From: an uncultured Prevotellaceae bacterium
GTDB lineage: Bacteria > Bacteroidota > Bacteroidia > Bacteroidales > Bacteroidaceae
Direction: 5' to 3'
NCBI GenBank assembly: GCA_900319385.1
Contig: ONOG01000010.1
Coordinates: forward strand, 17,022-81,021
Length of the DNA stretch: 64,000 nt
The notes beneath the pieces are model-generated. The model did no database searches. It saw only the letters and a list, made by a program, of their open reading frames with translations, and was not told the DNA's origin. The first letter of the stretch is position 1; each line of letters begins with the position of its first letter. Below, in pieces: positions 46,742 through 55,372 of the stretch. The translations under genes and the position numbers were made by a program.

Positions 46742-47890
46742 TTAAAATGAAATTCCGAGTCGGCGGAGGATGCGTTTCTTGAGATTGGCCACCTTCCGGC
46801 GCCAACCTATGAATCCGAAATGTCGGAGAGCATGTTCGTAGCCATGTGCCTGGTAATATTGCAGGAAAGCAGACCGTTGGGGATGTTCGGGAGTAGGTGT
46901 CCGCAGGCGGTTCTGAATAATATCGGAGAGGGGGACCGAAAGGACCGTCAGCTTAGGGGTGGCACTATTGAACAATTGCAGTCCTTTCTCTGTGTTGCAG
47001 ATGACCAGAGAGCAGCCTTTGTCGTCAGCATTGAAGTGTGGGTCGGTACGTTCCCATCCCCAATAGTCACCTAGGGTAAGGTCGCCAACACGGCGTGTAT
47101 TGGTGAAGGGACATTGACTGCATGAGGGTCGAAAGAACATAGATTGGTAGAATAGATAGGGTGTTGCGTGTATTTGCTGATCACCGATCAGTACGTAGGT
47201 CTCACGCATTGCCTTCCAGCCGAAGCTTACCTTGTCACGGCAGTTAATGGATTGCAGGGGGGTGTCATGTAGTCTGGAAAGCCATTGGATGTGCTCACCC
47301 CACAGACGTGGACTAGGTACTCCGCTGCAAATGATATCAACGAGCCACAGGTTTCCTTTCTGATTTGAGGGAATATAGGCAGACAGACCTGCGACCTGAC
47401 ATGGTGTACCGGTGAACAAAACAGGCAAACCATCGTGAAGGTCTTTTTTGACCTGTGGAAAAATGCCACTGATGTCACTTTCAACATATTTACTCCCACG
47501 CATTTTGTCTCGTTGTTCCGCTGTTGTTGCCCGTGCGTGGCGAACTGTAAAGTCTGGGCCGAATACTGCTCCATAAACCACCCCACCCTGCTGGAGAATC
47601 AAGTCGGAAATAGCTGAAAAGACTGCTCCGCTGCGACTTTTCATTATCTCTGACATGTCGCGATGGCGAGCGGCGAATGCTTGTGGGACAGGAAGAGTTG
47701 TGCTGCGCTGATAATCGGGGGAAAACTGACAAACTTTATCGCATAGCCCACACTGGGTACAGCTTTGCATATCGACAATCGGATAGCGAAAACCTGCGGA
47801 GTCGGCGACCATGTGGATGGCTTGATGTGCACAAACATGAGAACAGGCTGTGCATCCGCTACACTGGTGCTTATCAGTGATATGTATCAT
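46742..47890 (-). CDS. FrhB-like (coenzyme F420 hydrogenase/dehydrogenase beta-subunit family) Fe-S flavoprotein
   Basis: Two ferredoxin motifs CSGCTACSHVC and CTQCGLCDKVC, followed by the FrhB-type C-terminal domain. Confidence 0.75.
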   Translation of the reverse strand: MIHITDKHQCSGCTACSHVCAHQAIHMVADSAGFRYPIVDMQSCTQCGLCDKVCQFSPDYQRSTTLPVPQAFAARHRDMSEIMKSRSGAVFSAISDLILQQGGVVYGAVFGPDFTVRHARATTAEQRDKMRGSKYVESDISGIFPQVKKDLHDGLPVLFTGTPCQVAGLSAYIPSNQKGNLWLVDIICSGVPSPRLWGEHIQWLSRLHDTPLQSINCRDKVSFGWKAMRETYVLIGDQQIHATPYLFYQSMFFRPSCSQCPFTNTRRVGDLTLGDYWGWERTDPHFNADDKGCSLVICNTEKGLQLFNSATPKLTVLSVPLSDIIQNRLRTPTPEHPQRSAFLQYYQAHGYEHALRHFGFIGWRRKVANLKKRILRRLGISF

Positions 47891-47900
47891 GACGATGGTG

Positions 47901-49451
47901 CTATTGATGAATGATTTTTCTCAGATACATCCTGATGGTTGACCGCTCTCTCTGCGTGCATCCCACAACGTAGATCACAAGAGCATTAATGAGGATGCAC
48001 AGAATGACGTTCTGTAGCGCGTCAGTCCAACAATCTGTAGGGTGAAATCGGGTATAGAGTATTAAGGGAAACGAAACCACAATGGTTGTCACGGCAACAC
48101 GTCCGAGTACTTGAATTATAAATGCGCGTGCACTAAATTTCATTGTACTAGATAGCATGTAGATGCGAGCCACCAGACAAATGACAGCGAAAGCCAATGC
48201 TGCGTAGTAAATGGAGAGAGGACTGCAGCCCAAGATAAGCATGAGATACCCCACGGGTAGATTTAATAGCTGCAGCCCACCTACCAGGAGCTGATAGTTG
48301 CGAATAATGCCAGTGGCTAACTGGGCTGTGATTAGTGTTCCTGAGAGCGATTCTACCAGAATGTACGCCAATGTCCACTGAACGAATTCAACTGAATAAT
48401 TAGGCACTTCGGTGAGCCAAGCATGCAGTATGAAATCGGCATTCAACAAGAGAGGCAGGCAGACAAAAAGCATCAGATAGTACGATAATCGAGCTCCAGT
48501 CAGTACGAGCATCATCATATAGTTCAGGTTTCCGGCTGCGTATGACTGGGTGATTTGTGGTTTGACTGCCGTGATGAAGTTTTCGATAAATCCATGGACG
48601 GCATGCTGAACCTGATTGGATATGGTGCGGGCAGCATTGACAACAAGGCCACCGCCATAGAGGTTGAGCAAAATATTACATCCCTGATTGACAAGAATAG
48701 CTGAGGAGGATCCGATGATATTCCAGCCAGCAAAAGACGTAATATCGCGGATGGTTTGGCGATCGTTTTTAGCAAACAAAGTACATTCGCTGAATTGCCA
48801 TTTACAGTATAAATAATAGACAACTACAATAATAAGTTGTACAACTACGGTGAGACCAACATAGTAAATGAGATGATCGAAGGGGGAATGGATGACCAAA
48901 AAGCACATGAGCAGTTTGGCAATACCTTCGAAAAGGCTGATGTATGCAAATACCGACATCTTTTCGTGAGCAATGATGGCGGCATTGAAAGGAACTATTA
49001 ACAAGTTGATACAGAAATTGATGACGGAAAAATGAAACACCCACATTGTTGCCGTCAGACGTCCTGTGGGGACATTCATCTGATGATGGACAAACCAATA
49101 GCCTATCGGTTCGCCCAAAACAACAATGAGCACAGCCATCAGCAGGTGGATGACAAAGATGGTAGAGAAAACGCCACGGAGTTTTTCAGCATTGCCACCA
49201 TCACATTTGCCTAGTTCAAAATTCAGAAAGCGACTGGCTGCACTCGACAAAGACCGACTAAGAACACCGAACAGGGCAACAAAGCCGGCAATAACGCCAA
49301 ATATACCGAAATCCTCTACACCCAATACTTGTAGTATAACACGAGAAGTGTAGAGGCTGATGGCCATCAGCAAAAACATGCGAATGTAAAGGGCCGCAGC
49401 ATTACGGGCAATACGACGGTTCTTGCAGCTATTGTCCATCGGCTCAGTCAT
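47901..49451 (-). CDS. wzx: Wzx-type oligosaccharide flippase (MOP superfamily)
   Basis: 516 aa with about 14 hydrophobic segments. N-terminal RIARNAAALYIRMFLLMAISLYTSRVIL typical of polysaccharide flippases. Confidence 0.75.
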   Translation of the reverse strand: MTEPMDNSCKNRRIARNAAALYIRMFLLMAISLYTSRVILQVLGVEDFGIFGVIAGFVALFGVLSRSLSSAASRFLNFELGKCDGGNAEKLRGVFSTIFVIHLLMAVLIVVLGEPIGYWFVHHQMNVPTGRLTATMWVFHFSVINFCINLLIVPFNAAIIAHEKMSVFAYISLFEGIAKLLMCFLVIHSPFDHLIYYVGLTVVVQLIIVVVYYLYCKWQFSECTLFAKNDRQTIRDITSFAGWNIIGSSSAILVNQGCNILLNLYGGGLVVNAARTISNQVQHAVHGFIENFITAVKPQITQSYAAGNLNYMMMLVLTGARLSYYLMLFVCLPLLLNADFILHAWLTEVPNYSVEFVQWTLAYILVESLSGTLITAQLATGIIRNYQLLVGGLQLLNLPVGYLMLILGCSPLSIYYAALAFAVICLVARIYMLSSTMKFSARAFIIQVLGRVAVTTIVVSFPLILYTRFHPTDCWTDALQNVILCILINALVIYVVGCTQRERSTIRMYLRKIIHQ

Positions 49452-50739
49452 AGCTATCCTCCTTTCCTCTGGTTCCTAAAGCAAGATTTGAAGGATGCAC
49501 AAATGCAAGAAGATAATAAGAAATAAAGAATCCCATCCAGAAGGGATATGCTCGAACCATAAAGTTGGCTAATGATAAGACAACCATAGCCCAGAATGCT
49601 CTGCGATCGAATGCCTTATGCATGGCAATAAAATAGGTCAGGTAGCATAAAATAAAACCCACGAAACCATAGGTATAGACAAACACTTTGAAGCCAGCGT
49701 TACCATGCATGATGTCCTGATTGACCTTTCGTCCGAAAAACACATCGGACGATTGAAGAAAACTATCGTACTCTGTCTGGAAACTAGAAGTGACACGATT
49801 GTTACCCTCAATGTCATCACCTTCTTCATTCATTTGCAGACGCATGAAAATAAGTTGATTGAGCATATTGTCACCTCCATTATACACCGACGCACTACCT
49901 AGAATAATGGCAATGAGGACTGACACAAAAAGAATCTTAGCAATGATGCGCTTACGCTTCATCCACAAATGGAGTAGCATAACTATAACGAGCAGTACAT
50001 AGGCTGCCAGTGAAAATGAAAAGAGGAGAGCGATGAGCAGAATGATATTGTACCACTTCTTCATTTGCCCCACCTGAGTTGCCAGCAATAGGACAATAGC
50101 AGTGCCCATATGACCTGGTTCAAGGAAGTATGCCTGAAAACGAGGAATTAACATTACTTGCCCCCAGTCACGGATGAGAAAAAAATAATAATTGGTAAAA
50201 CGATACGTCTCTGAGAATTCTGCATTTCTTCCTGGCAAGTTCAAACCAAGATGGAAAAGAATGAACATCAGCAGCGAAATTCCCAGCATACAAGCTAGGA
50301 TTTTACTGAAAAGCGTGGCAAAATGGCTGTGGAAAGACGGTGAAATGCGGAAAAGCGCAAAGAAAACGAACACCCGAAAGAACAACATGAGGAAAGCTAT
50401 CACCGTTATTTCCTGCACAAGCAACATATACAGCAACATGATGCCAACGAAAATAGTTGGCCAAAATGCATCTTTACGGTCATAAATGGGGTGGTCCATC
50501 GAATTGCTAATGAGCATAGATGGTACTAGCAGCATAGTCGAGAACAAAGCATAATTGTTAACGAAGGGCCAGCAAAACCAAACTCGAAGGGACGATAAAA
50601 AGGCGAACAGCATGGCTGCATAAAACAGCGACAAAGCGATCTGCCTCTTTTTAAGGAGGTAGAAACGAGAAATGTCTAGATAGCGGAAGCGCTGAAAAAA
50701 CGACAAGTCAATGTATCTGAGTCTGTTCGTAAACGACAT
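49444..50739 (-). CDS. multi-pass membrane protein, probable Wzy-type polymerase / O-antigen ligase-like
   Basis: 431 aa with about 10 hydrophobic segments plus one larger loop. Very AT-rich. Lies between the flippase and chain-length genes. Assigned by topology and context only. Confidence 0.55.
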   Translation of the reverse strand: MSFTNRLRYIDLSFFQRFRYLDISRFYLLKKRQIALSLFYAAMLFAFLSSLRVWFCWPFVNNYALFSTMLLVPSMLISNSMDHPIYDRKDAFWPTIFVGIMLLYMLLVQEITVIAFLMLFFRVFVFFALFRISPSFHSHFATLFSKILACMLGISLLMFILFHLGLNLPGRNAEFSETYRFTNYYFFLIRDWGQVMLIPRFQAYFLEPGHMGTAIVLLLATQVGQMKKWYNIILLIALLFSFSLAAYVLLVIVMLLHLWMKRKRIIAKILFVSVLIAIILGSASVYNGGDNMLNQLIFMRLQMNEEGDDIEGNNRVTSSFQTEYDSFLQSSDVFFGRKVNQDIMHGNAGFKVFVYTYGFVGFILCYLTYFIAMHKAFDRRAFWAMVVLSLANFMVRAYPFWMGFFISYYLLAFVHPSNLALGTRGKEDSYD

Positions 50740-50802
50740 GCAGAAGATGCTGTAGAAAGTTTCTGAGATTAATCGAATAAAATAATTCCAACGAAAAGAA
50801 AA

Positions 50803-51903
50803 TTATTTCAAATGAGTCAGCTGTGCCACTATTTCCTGTTTGAAAATCCAAGCAACAACAATCATTGTGGAGATGATGAGCATCGCACCAACAAAAATAA
50901 CGCGCTTGGGGTAGGTCGGTTTGAAGGGTACTGTTGCTGCCTTCAAGATCGTGAAAGCAGGAGTGCGTTCCTGTACTTTTGCCTTGGCTGCCTCAAACTG
51001 TGTGGACATAGCTGTATAGGTCTGCAGTTTCATCTGGACAGCATTCTCCAGTTCGTCGCGCTGCGAAAGATAGTACTGAAGTATGGTATTCTGGTGCGAA
51101 TCGGAGTAGTTGCTGTAAGCAGCCATGGCGTCTTGGTATTCGATATAGGCACTGTCACGAAGCTGACGGTAGTGCTCCAAATCGCCACGAGCCTTGTTCG
51201 TACGATAGTCGGTGATAAAGTTCTGAAGACGGACACGAACAGAGTCGGCGATATCAGCACAAATCTTGGCATCTTGATCCTCAACGGCAATGGAGATAAC
51301 CATTGTCTTCTTGTCAACGCTGCATGAGATATGGCTTCGAATGATTTCTGCAATGCCGTTGTCTTCCTCCGACAACATACGGGGGTCTTTTTTGCCATCC
51401 TCAGTTGCAGCTACTGGACGATTATTTTCTTTTTTGAAGATAGATAAAATTTGATTCTTGAGCCACTTGACGGGAACCATGTATGCTGTTTCCTGCTGAT
51501 AATCTTTCAGATAGGTATAGTAATCTGTATTGATTTCACCGTCGAGTGAAACGACAGGAACGTCAAACAAATCAACAATGAATGTATTAGTGGCGATGAC
51601 ATCGGGATAGAGCTCGGGATAGAAAGCATCGTTGGTCTCCATGTTGCTCATGTTGATACCGAAAGTACTTGCCAGCGATGCGAGCCCACCGCCGGCCATG
51701 TCGCCACCCATTTCCGGTGCCAACGTAAGATCGGTCGTATAGGTTCTTGGAACCGGTAAAATAAGTGCAGCTGAGACAATGGTCGTGATAATCCACACCC
51801 AGATGAAGAGTTTCTTCCTCTTCCATATTTTTTTAAACACTTCGCGCAGGTCAATCACCTCTCGATTCTGCATGCCGGTATTGTTGATATTTTGTTCTTC
51901 CAT
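50803..51903 (-). CDS. wzz: Wzz-type chain-length determinant (PCP) protein without kinase domain
   Basis: EVIDLREVFKKIWKRKKLFIWVWIITTIVSAALIL N-terminal TM, coiled-coil periplasmic region, C-terminal TM VIFVGAMLIISTMIVVAWIF. Confidence 0.75.
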   Translation of the reverse strand: MEEQNINNTGMQNREVIDLREVFKKIWKRKKLFIWVWIITTIVSAALILPVPRTYTTDLTLAPEMGGDMAGGGLASLASTFGINMSNMETNDAFYPELYPDVIATNTFIVDLFDVPVVSLDGEINTDYYTYLKDYQQETAYMVPVKWLKNQILSIFKKENNRPVAATEDGKKDPRMLSEEDNGIAEIIRSHISCSVDKKTMVISIAVEDQDAKICADIADSVRVRLQNFITDYRTNKARGDLEHYRQLRDSAYIEYQDAMAAYSNYSDSHQNTILQYYLSQRDELENAVQMKLQTYTAMSTQFEAAKAKVQERTPAFTILKAATVPFKPTYPKRVIFVGAMLIISTMIVVAWIFKQEIVAQLTHLK

Positions 51904-51912
51904 ATTAGTTGA

Positions 51913-54423
51913 TTATTTCAGAATATTGGCTACGGTGATAATCATGGTGGCAATGGATGTGGCAGAGGTACCCAGTGCCATAGTTTCAGCAGGAGTCATC
52001 TGGTTCTTGATTTTCTTCGACGGGATGACGATTTCGCAGCCAGGCTGAATGTCCTTGCGTGAATGCTTGCTGATTTTCTTCACCGAGCCATTCATGTAGA
52101 TGGCGTAGGCATGACGTTTGCGGGCGTTGTCACCAAATCCGCCGGCATGTTTGATGTAGTATCCAAGGGTCTCGCCTTTCTTGTAGTTTACAGAAATGGG
52201 GTACATAACGTCGCCGCTGATCTTCACTGTGCTAGAGTATTCAGGGACAATGAGACGGTCTCCGTCGCGCAGCTCAATGTTCTCATCACCTTCGGGATGC
52301 TTGATGGCTTGTTCAAGATCAATAGCTACGACGTAGGTGTAGCCCAAGTCAAGTTTTAGTTCGAGCAACGAGTCTGCACGTTCAAGGTCGAAGCTTTTGT
52401 TGTCGGTGGTCATACTCTCTTCGTATAGTGCAATCTGCTGGGCACGCATCGAGGTTTCGCGCTGTTCGCGTTCTTCTGCTGTAAGCTGACGTTCGAGGCG
52501 CGCACCTTTAGCCCAACCGTCGAGCGAGAGTCCACCGGCATCTTTGATAAGGTCTGCCAAGCGGTAGGTCTTCGATGACATGGCATAATGTCCCGGGAAG
52601 TTGACCGAGCCTTGTACGCGGACATTCTGTTGTTGCTCGTAGGCGGGGCTCTTGCGCACGACTACGATGTCGAAAGGCTGGAGATAAAAGACTGTTTCCA
52701 CATCCTTTTCCGTGCTGATGACAAATCCGTCTTTCAGCGAGAAGGTGTAGGTGCGGGTGATGGTGTCGTTAGCTTCTGTGGCATTTCGGTCGATGATGCG
52801 GCGATAAACATTGATCTTGGCGAACGAGGCGGCTGCTGTGGGACCGCCAGCTTGAAGGATGAGGTCCTCGATGGTGGTCTTGTCTGCGTAGGCATACCGT
52901 CCAGGAAATTGTACTTCGCCATAGATGCTGAGGGTCTGTTCGCCGAGCATGTCTGTCTTGCTGGGAATGTAGATGACATCGTTGTTCTGGAGCACAATAT
53001 CGGGCACACTGCCATCGAGAATGCCTTGTACATCGACGGGCAAGAGTTCAAGCGTACGATCTGCCTTTTGGCGATGCATGACGGCACGTGTGACGAAGGC
53101 GTCGGGGCGCAGACCTTCTGCAGCATTGATAAGTTCGCGAATAGTACTAATCGGACCACCTTTCTCAAACTGTCCAGGGTGACGAACGGCTCCTCGGATT
53201 TCGACGATGTTTGAGAATCGGTCGAGCACATTATCGACATAGAGCGAGTCGCCATCGTGGAGGGTGAAATTGCGCTGATCAAACTCTTCGATGGTGTGTA
53301 TGGAATATCCTGTTTCGCTCTTACGAATGAGTCGTACGTTCTTGCGGTAAGCATCACCTGTGAATCCACCAGCATAGTCGATGAGAGTTCCCACAGTTTC
53401 GGTGGATTTCATTTCGTAGTACATAGGACGCTTAACACGTCCACGAGCCGATACAATGCAGTCGTATGTGCCGACTCGTATGATATCATTGTCTTGCAGA
53501 CGAACGTCACCTGCCGAGTTTCCGTTGAGAATATAGTCATAGACATCTATATGAGCTATGACACGGCCATTTCGATACACTTCGATGTCACGCAAAGTAC
53601 CGATGTCGTTAATACCGCCAGCAGCGTAGAGGGCATTGAAGGCGGTAGAGAGCGAGGATAGAGTATAGGTGCCAGGCAGCACAACTTCGCCCATCACCTG
53701 TACCTGTATACTACGGGTTTCACCAAGTGACATGGTGATTTGAGAGGATGCATATCGTGGCCCCATGGTCCCACGCACCTTGCTTGTGGCTTCGCCTACC
53801 GACAATCCACCCACTTTGATGGGACCAATGCCAGGGATAACAATCACTCCGTCGGGCGAGATTGTGGCTTGAAAGGATTCCTGCGAAGCTCCGAACACGT
53901 CGATAAGCACTTTATCACCAGGGCCGAGACGATAGTTCTGCGGAGTAGCCATATTGGTATTGGGCTGGAAGGTGAGATAGGTGTTATTGAAAATGTTACG
54001 CCCGAACACCTCGTAGGGATCAGAGCTACCACCGGCCATAATGCTGTCTTGTCCAAAGGCCATGAGTTCTTCGTTCATGGCTTCACGACGTTCCATGGTG
54101 GACATGATGCGATTGTTTGTCGAACCGAAAGCACCATTTTCGGTATCCAAACGCATACGGTTTTCGTCACTCACACGCTGCGCTGCATCAACAGCGCCCA
54201 ACTGCTGCTGTTGCTGCTGGTATTTGCGGCGAACACGTTGCAGTTGCTGTGTGGTGACACCGCGACGCATGAGTTTCGAGACGATAGTCTGCTGGTTAGT
54301 ACCCTTAGCCTGTTCGGTCTTGATGAAGTGAACAATCTGGTCGTCGCTCATCGACTGAGCAAATGCGCAGGTTGCAGCGAACAGGAGGGTGATGAACAAT
54401 AAAAGTTTCTTATTCATGGTCAT
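51913..54423 (-). CDS. wza: Wza-family polysaccharide export protein with multiple SLBB domains
   Basis: YRLGPGDKVLIDVFG export motif, then repeated G.V..PG.Y soluble-ligand-binding beta-grasp units. 836 aa with a C-terminal helix. Confidence 0.85.
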   Translation of the reverse strand: MTMNKKLLLFITLLFAATCAFAQSMSDDQIVHFIKTEQAKGTNQQTIVSKLMRRGVTTQQLQRVRRKYQQQQQQLGAVDAAQRVSDENRMRLDTENGAFGSTNNRIMSTMERREAMNEELMAFGQDSIMAGGSSDPYEVFGRNIFNNTYLTFQPNTNMATPQNYRLGPGDKVLIDVFGASQESFQATISPDGVIVIPGIGPIKVGGLSVGEATSKVRGTMGPRYASSQITMSLGETRSIQVQVMGEVVLPGTYTLSSLSTAFNALYAAGGINDIGTLRDIEVYRNGRVIAHIDVYDYILNGNSAGDVRLQDNDIIRVGTYDCIVSARGRVKRPMYYEMKSTETVGTLIDYAGGFTGDAYRKNVRLIRKSETGYSIHTIEEFDQRNFTLHDGDSLYVDNVLDRFSNIVEIRGAVRHPGQFEKGGPISTIRELINAAEGLRPDAFVTRAVMHRQKADRTLELLPVDVQGILDGSVPDIVLQNNDVIYIPSKTDMLGEQTLSIYGEVQFPGRYAYADKTTIEDLILQAGGPTAAASFAKINVYRRIIDRNATEANDTITRTYTFSLKDGFVISTEKDVETVFYLQPFDIVVVRKSPAYEQQQNVRVQGSVNFPGHYAMSSKTYRLADLIKDAGGLSLDGWAKGARLERQLTAEEREQRETSMRAQQIALYEESMTTDNKSFDLERADSLLELKLDLGYTYVVAIDLEQAIKHPEGDENIELRDGDRLIVPEYSSTVKISGDVMYPISVNYKKGETLGYYIKHAGGFGDNARKRHAYAIYMNGSVKKISKHSRKDIQPGCEIVIPSKKIKNQMTPAETMALGTSATSIATMIITVANILK

Positions 54424-54428
54424 GTTTT

Positions 54429-54456
54429 AACTTTTCACTTTTAACTTTTCACTTTT
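54429..54456. repeat. perfect 14-bp tandem duplication (AACTTTTCACTTTT x2) filling the whole intergenic spacer
   Basis: 54429-54442 = 54443-54456. Lies between the stop of the first transferase gene (54455) and the wza start (54423). Confidence 0.9.
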
Positions 54457-55063
54457 ACAGTGCCGTCAGGGTCTCAAACATGATACGTAGGTCGGTCCAA
54501 AGGGTGCGGTAACGCAGGTAGTCGAGGTCCATGTCAAGGCGACGGAGCATCTGATCGATGGTATAAGTGTAGCCATTATGCACGGCAGCTGCACTGGTGA
54601 TACCAGGACGGCTGCAGTAGAGAAGCACATAATCGGGGTTGCGCTCGATGATTTGATTGATGAAGAATTGTCGTTCTGGTCTGTAGCCAACAAACGACAT
54701 ATCACCACGTAGCACGTTCCATAGCTGGGGCAACTCGTCAAGGTGATGACGGCGTAGGTATTTTCCGTAGCGAGTGAGGCGTGTGTCATTTTCCTCAGCC
54801 AGTGTTGGGGTGTCTTCTACCTCGTCGTGCATAGTTCGGAACTTAAGCAAATGGAATGGTTGACCTCCCAGTCCGATGCGTTCCTGACGGAAGATGACAG
54901 AGTCGGTACCATCAACCTTAAGCAAGATGTAGATAACGAGAAAGACTGGTGAAAGCACTATCATTCCTACGATAGCACCTACCACGTCCCCCACCCTTTT
55001 CAGCCCCCTTTCGAGGGGCGATAAATGGTCAATCTCGTTCTGACTTATGCTGGCATCGCCCAT
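54455..55063 (-). CDS. small initiating phosphoglycosyl transferase (second copy, first gene of the locus)
   Basis: LDELPQLWNVLRGDMSFVGYRP. 202 aa, the same architecture as 34276-34884. Confidence 0.9.
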   Translation of the reverse strand: MGDASISQNEIDHLSPLERGLKRVGDVVGAIVGMIVLSPVFLVIYILLKVDGTDSVIFRQERIGLGGQPFHLLKFRTMHDEVEDTPTLAEENDTRLTRYGKYLRRHHLDELPQLWNVLRGDMSFVGYRPERQFFINQIIERNPDYVLLYCSRPGITSAAAVHNGYTYTIDQMLRRLDMDLDYLRYRTLWTDLRIMFETLTAL

Positions 55064-55126
55064 GCGTGTGCGTATTCTTTATCTTTTTAATAACGTAGCC
55101 GAAAGGTGTTTATTGTTAAACGGCGA

Positions 55127-55134
55127 CAAATTTA
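55127..55134 (-). promoter_or_regulatory. candidate -7 box (TAAATTTG) for the polysaccharide locus
   Basis: TAnnTTTG on the minus strand, 64 bp upstream of the ATG at 55063. Confidence 0.4.
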
Positions 55135-55262
55135 GCACTTTCTGGGCACATGGCAAAATATTCTGTCCGTTTTCGGTCAATCTACGTTTGGTCGGATATA
55201 TTGTTACAGTTTTTCTTCAAGCGAAGCTGTGACATATAATCCGTTATACAGTGAGAGCATAC

Positions 55263-55297
55263 CAGACATTTTGTCTTAAAACAAGACATATTGTCTG
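55263..55297. promoter_or_regulatory. 35-bp imperfect palindrome abutting the clpB -7 box (candidate operator)
   Basis: CAGACAttttGTCTTaaaacAAGACatatTGTCTG. Confidence 0.4.
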
Positions 55298-55305
55298 TAT
55301 GTTTG
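55298..55305 (+). promoter_or_regulatory. candidate -7 box (TATGTTTG) for clpB
   Basis: TAnnTTTG 68 bp upstream of the ATG at 55373. Confidence 0.4.
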
Positions 55306-55372
55306 GGCAATGGAATGTTCGTTGCACGGATGAGGAATGAAACAGAATACTAAACATTAACTATTTACAACT

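Noticed and set aside
55131-55139. TTAGCACTT resembling a CIRCE half-site in the clpB/polysaccharide divergent region
   Set aside because: There is no matching GAGTGCTAA half 9 bp away. It overlaps the TAAATTTG -7 box of the opposite-strand promoter, which explains the sequence.
55064-55372. Possible invertible (phase-variable) promoter for the polysaccharide locus, as in Bacteroides capsule loci
   Set aside because: No pair of separated inverted repeats brackets the promoter box, and no serine or tyrosine recombinase gene is in the window. The only dyad (55263-55297) is a compact palindrome next to the clpB promoter.
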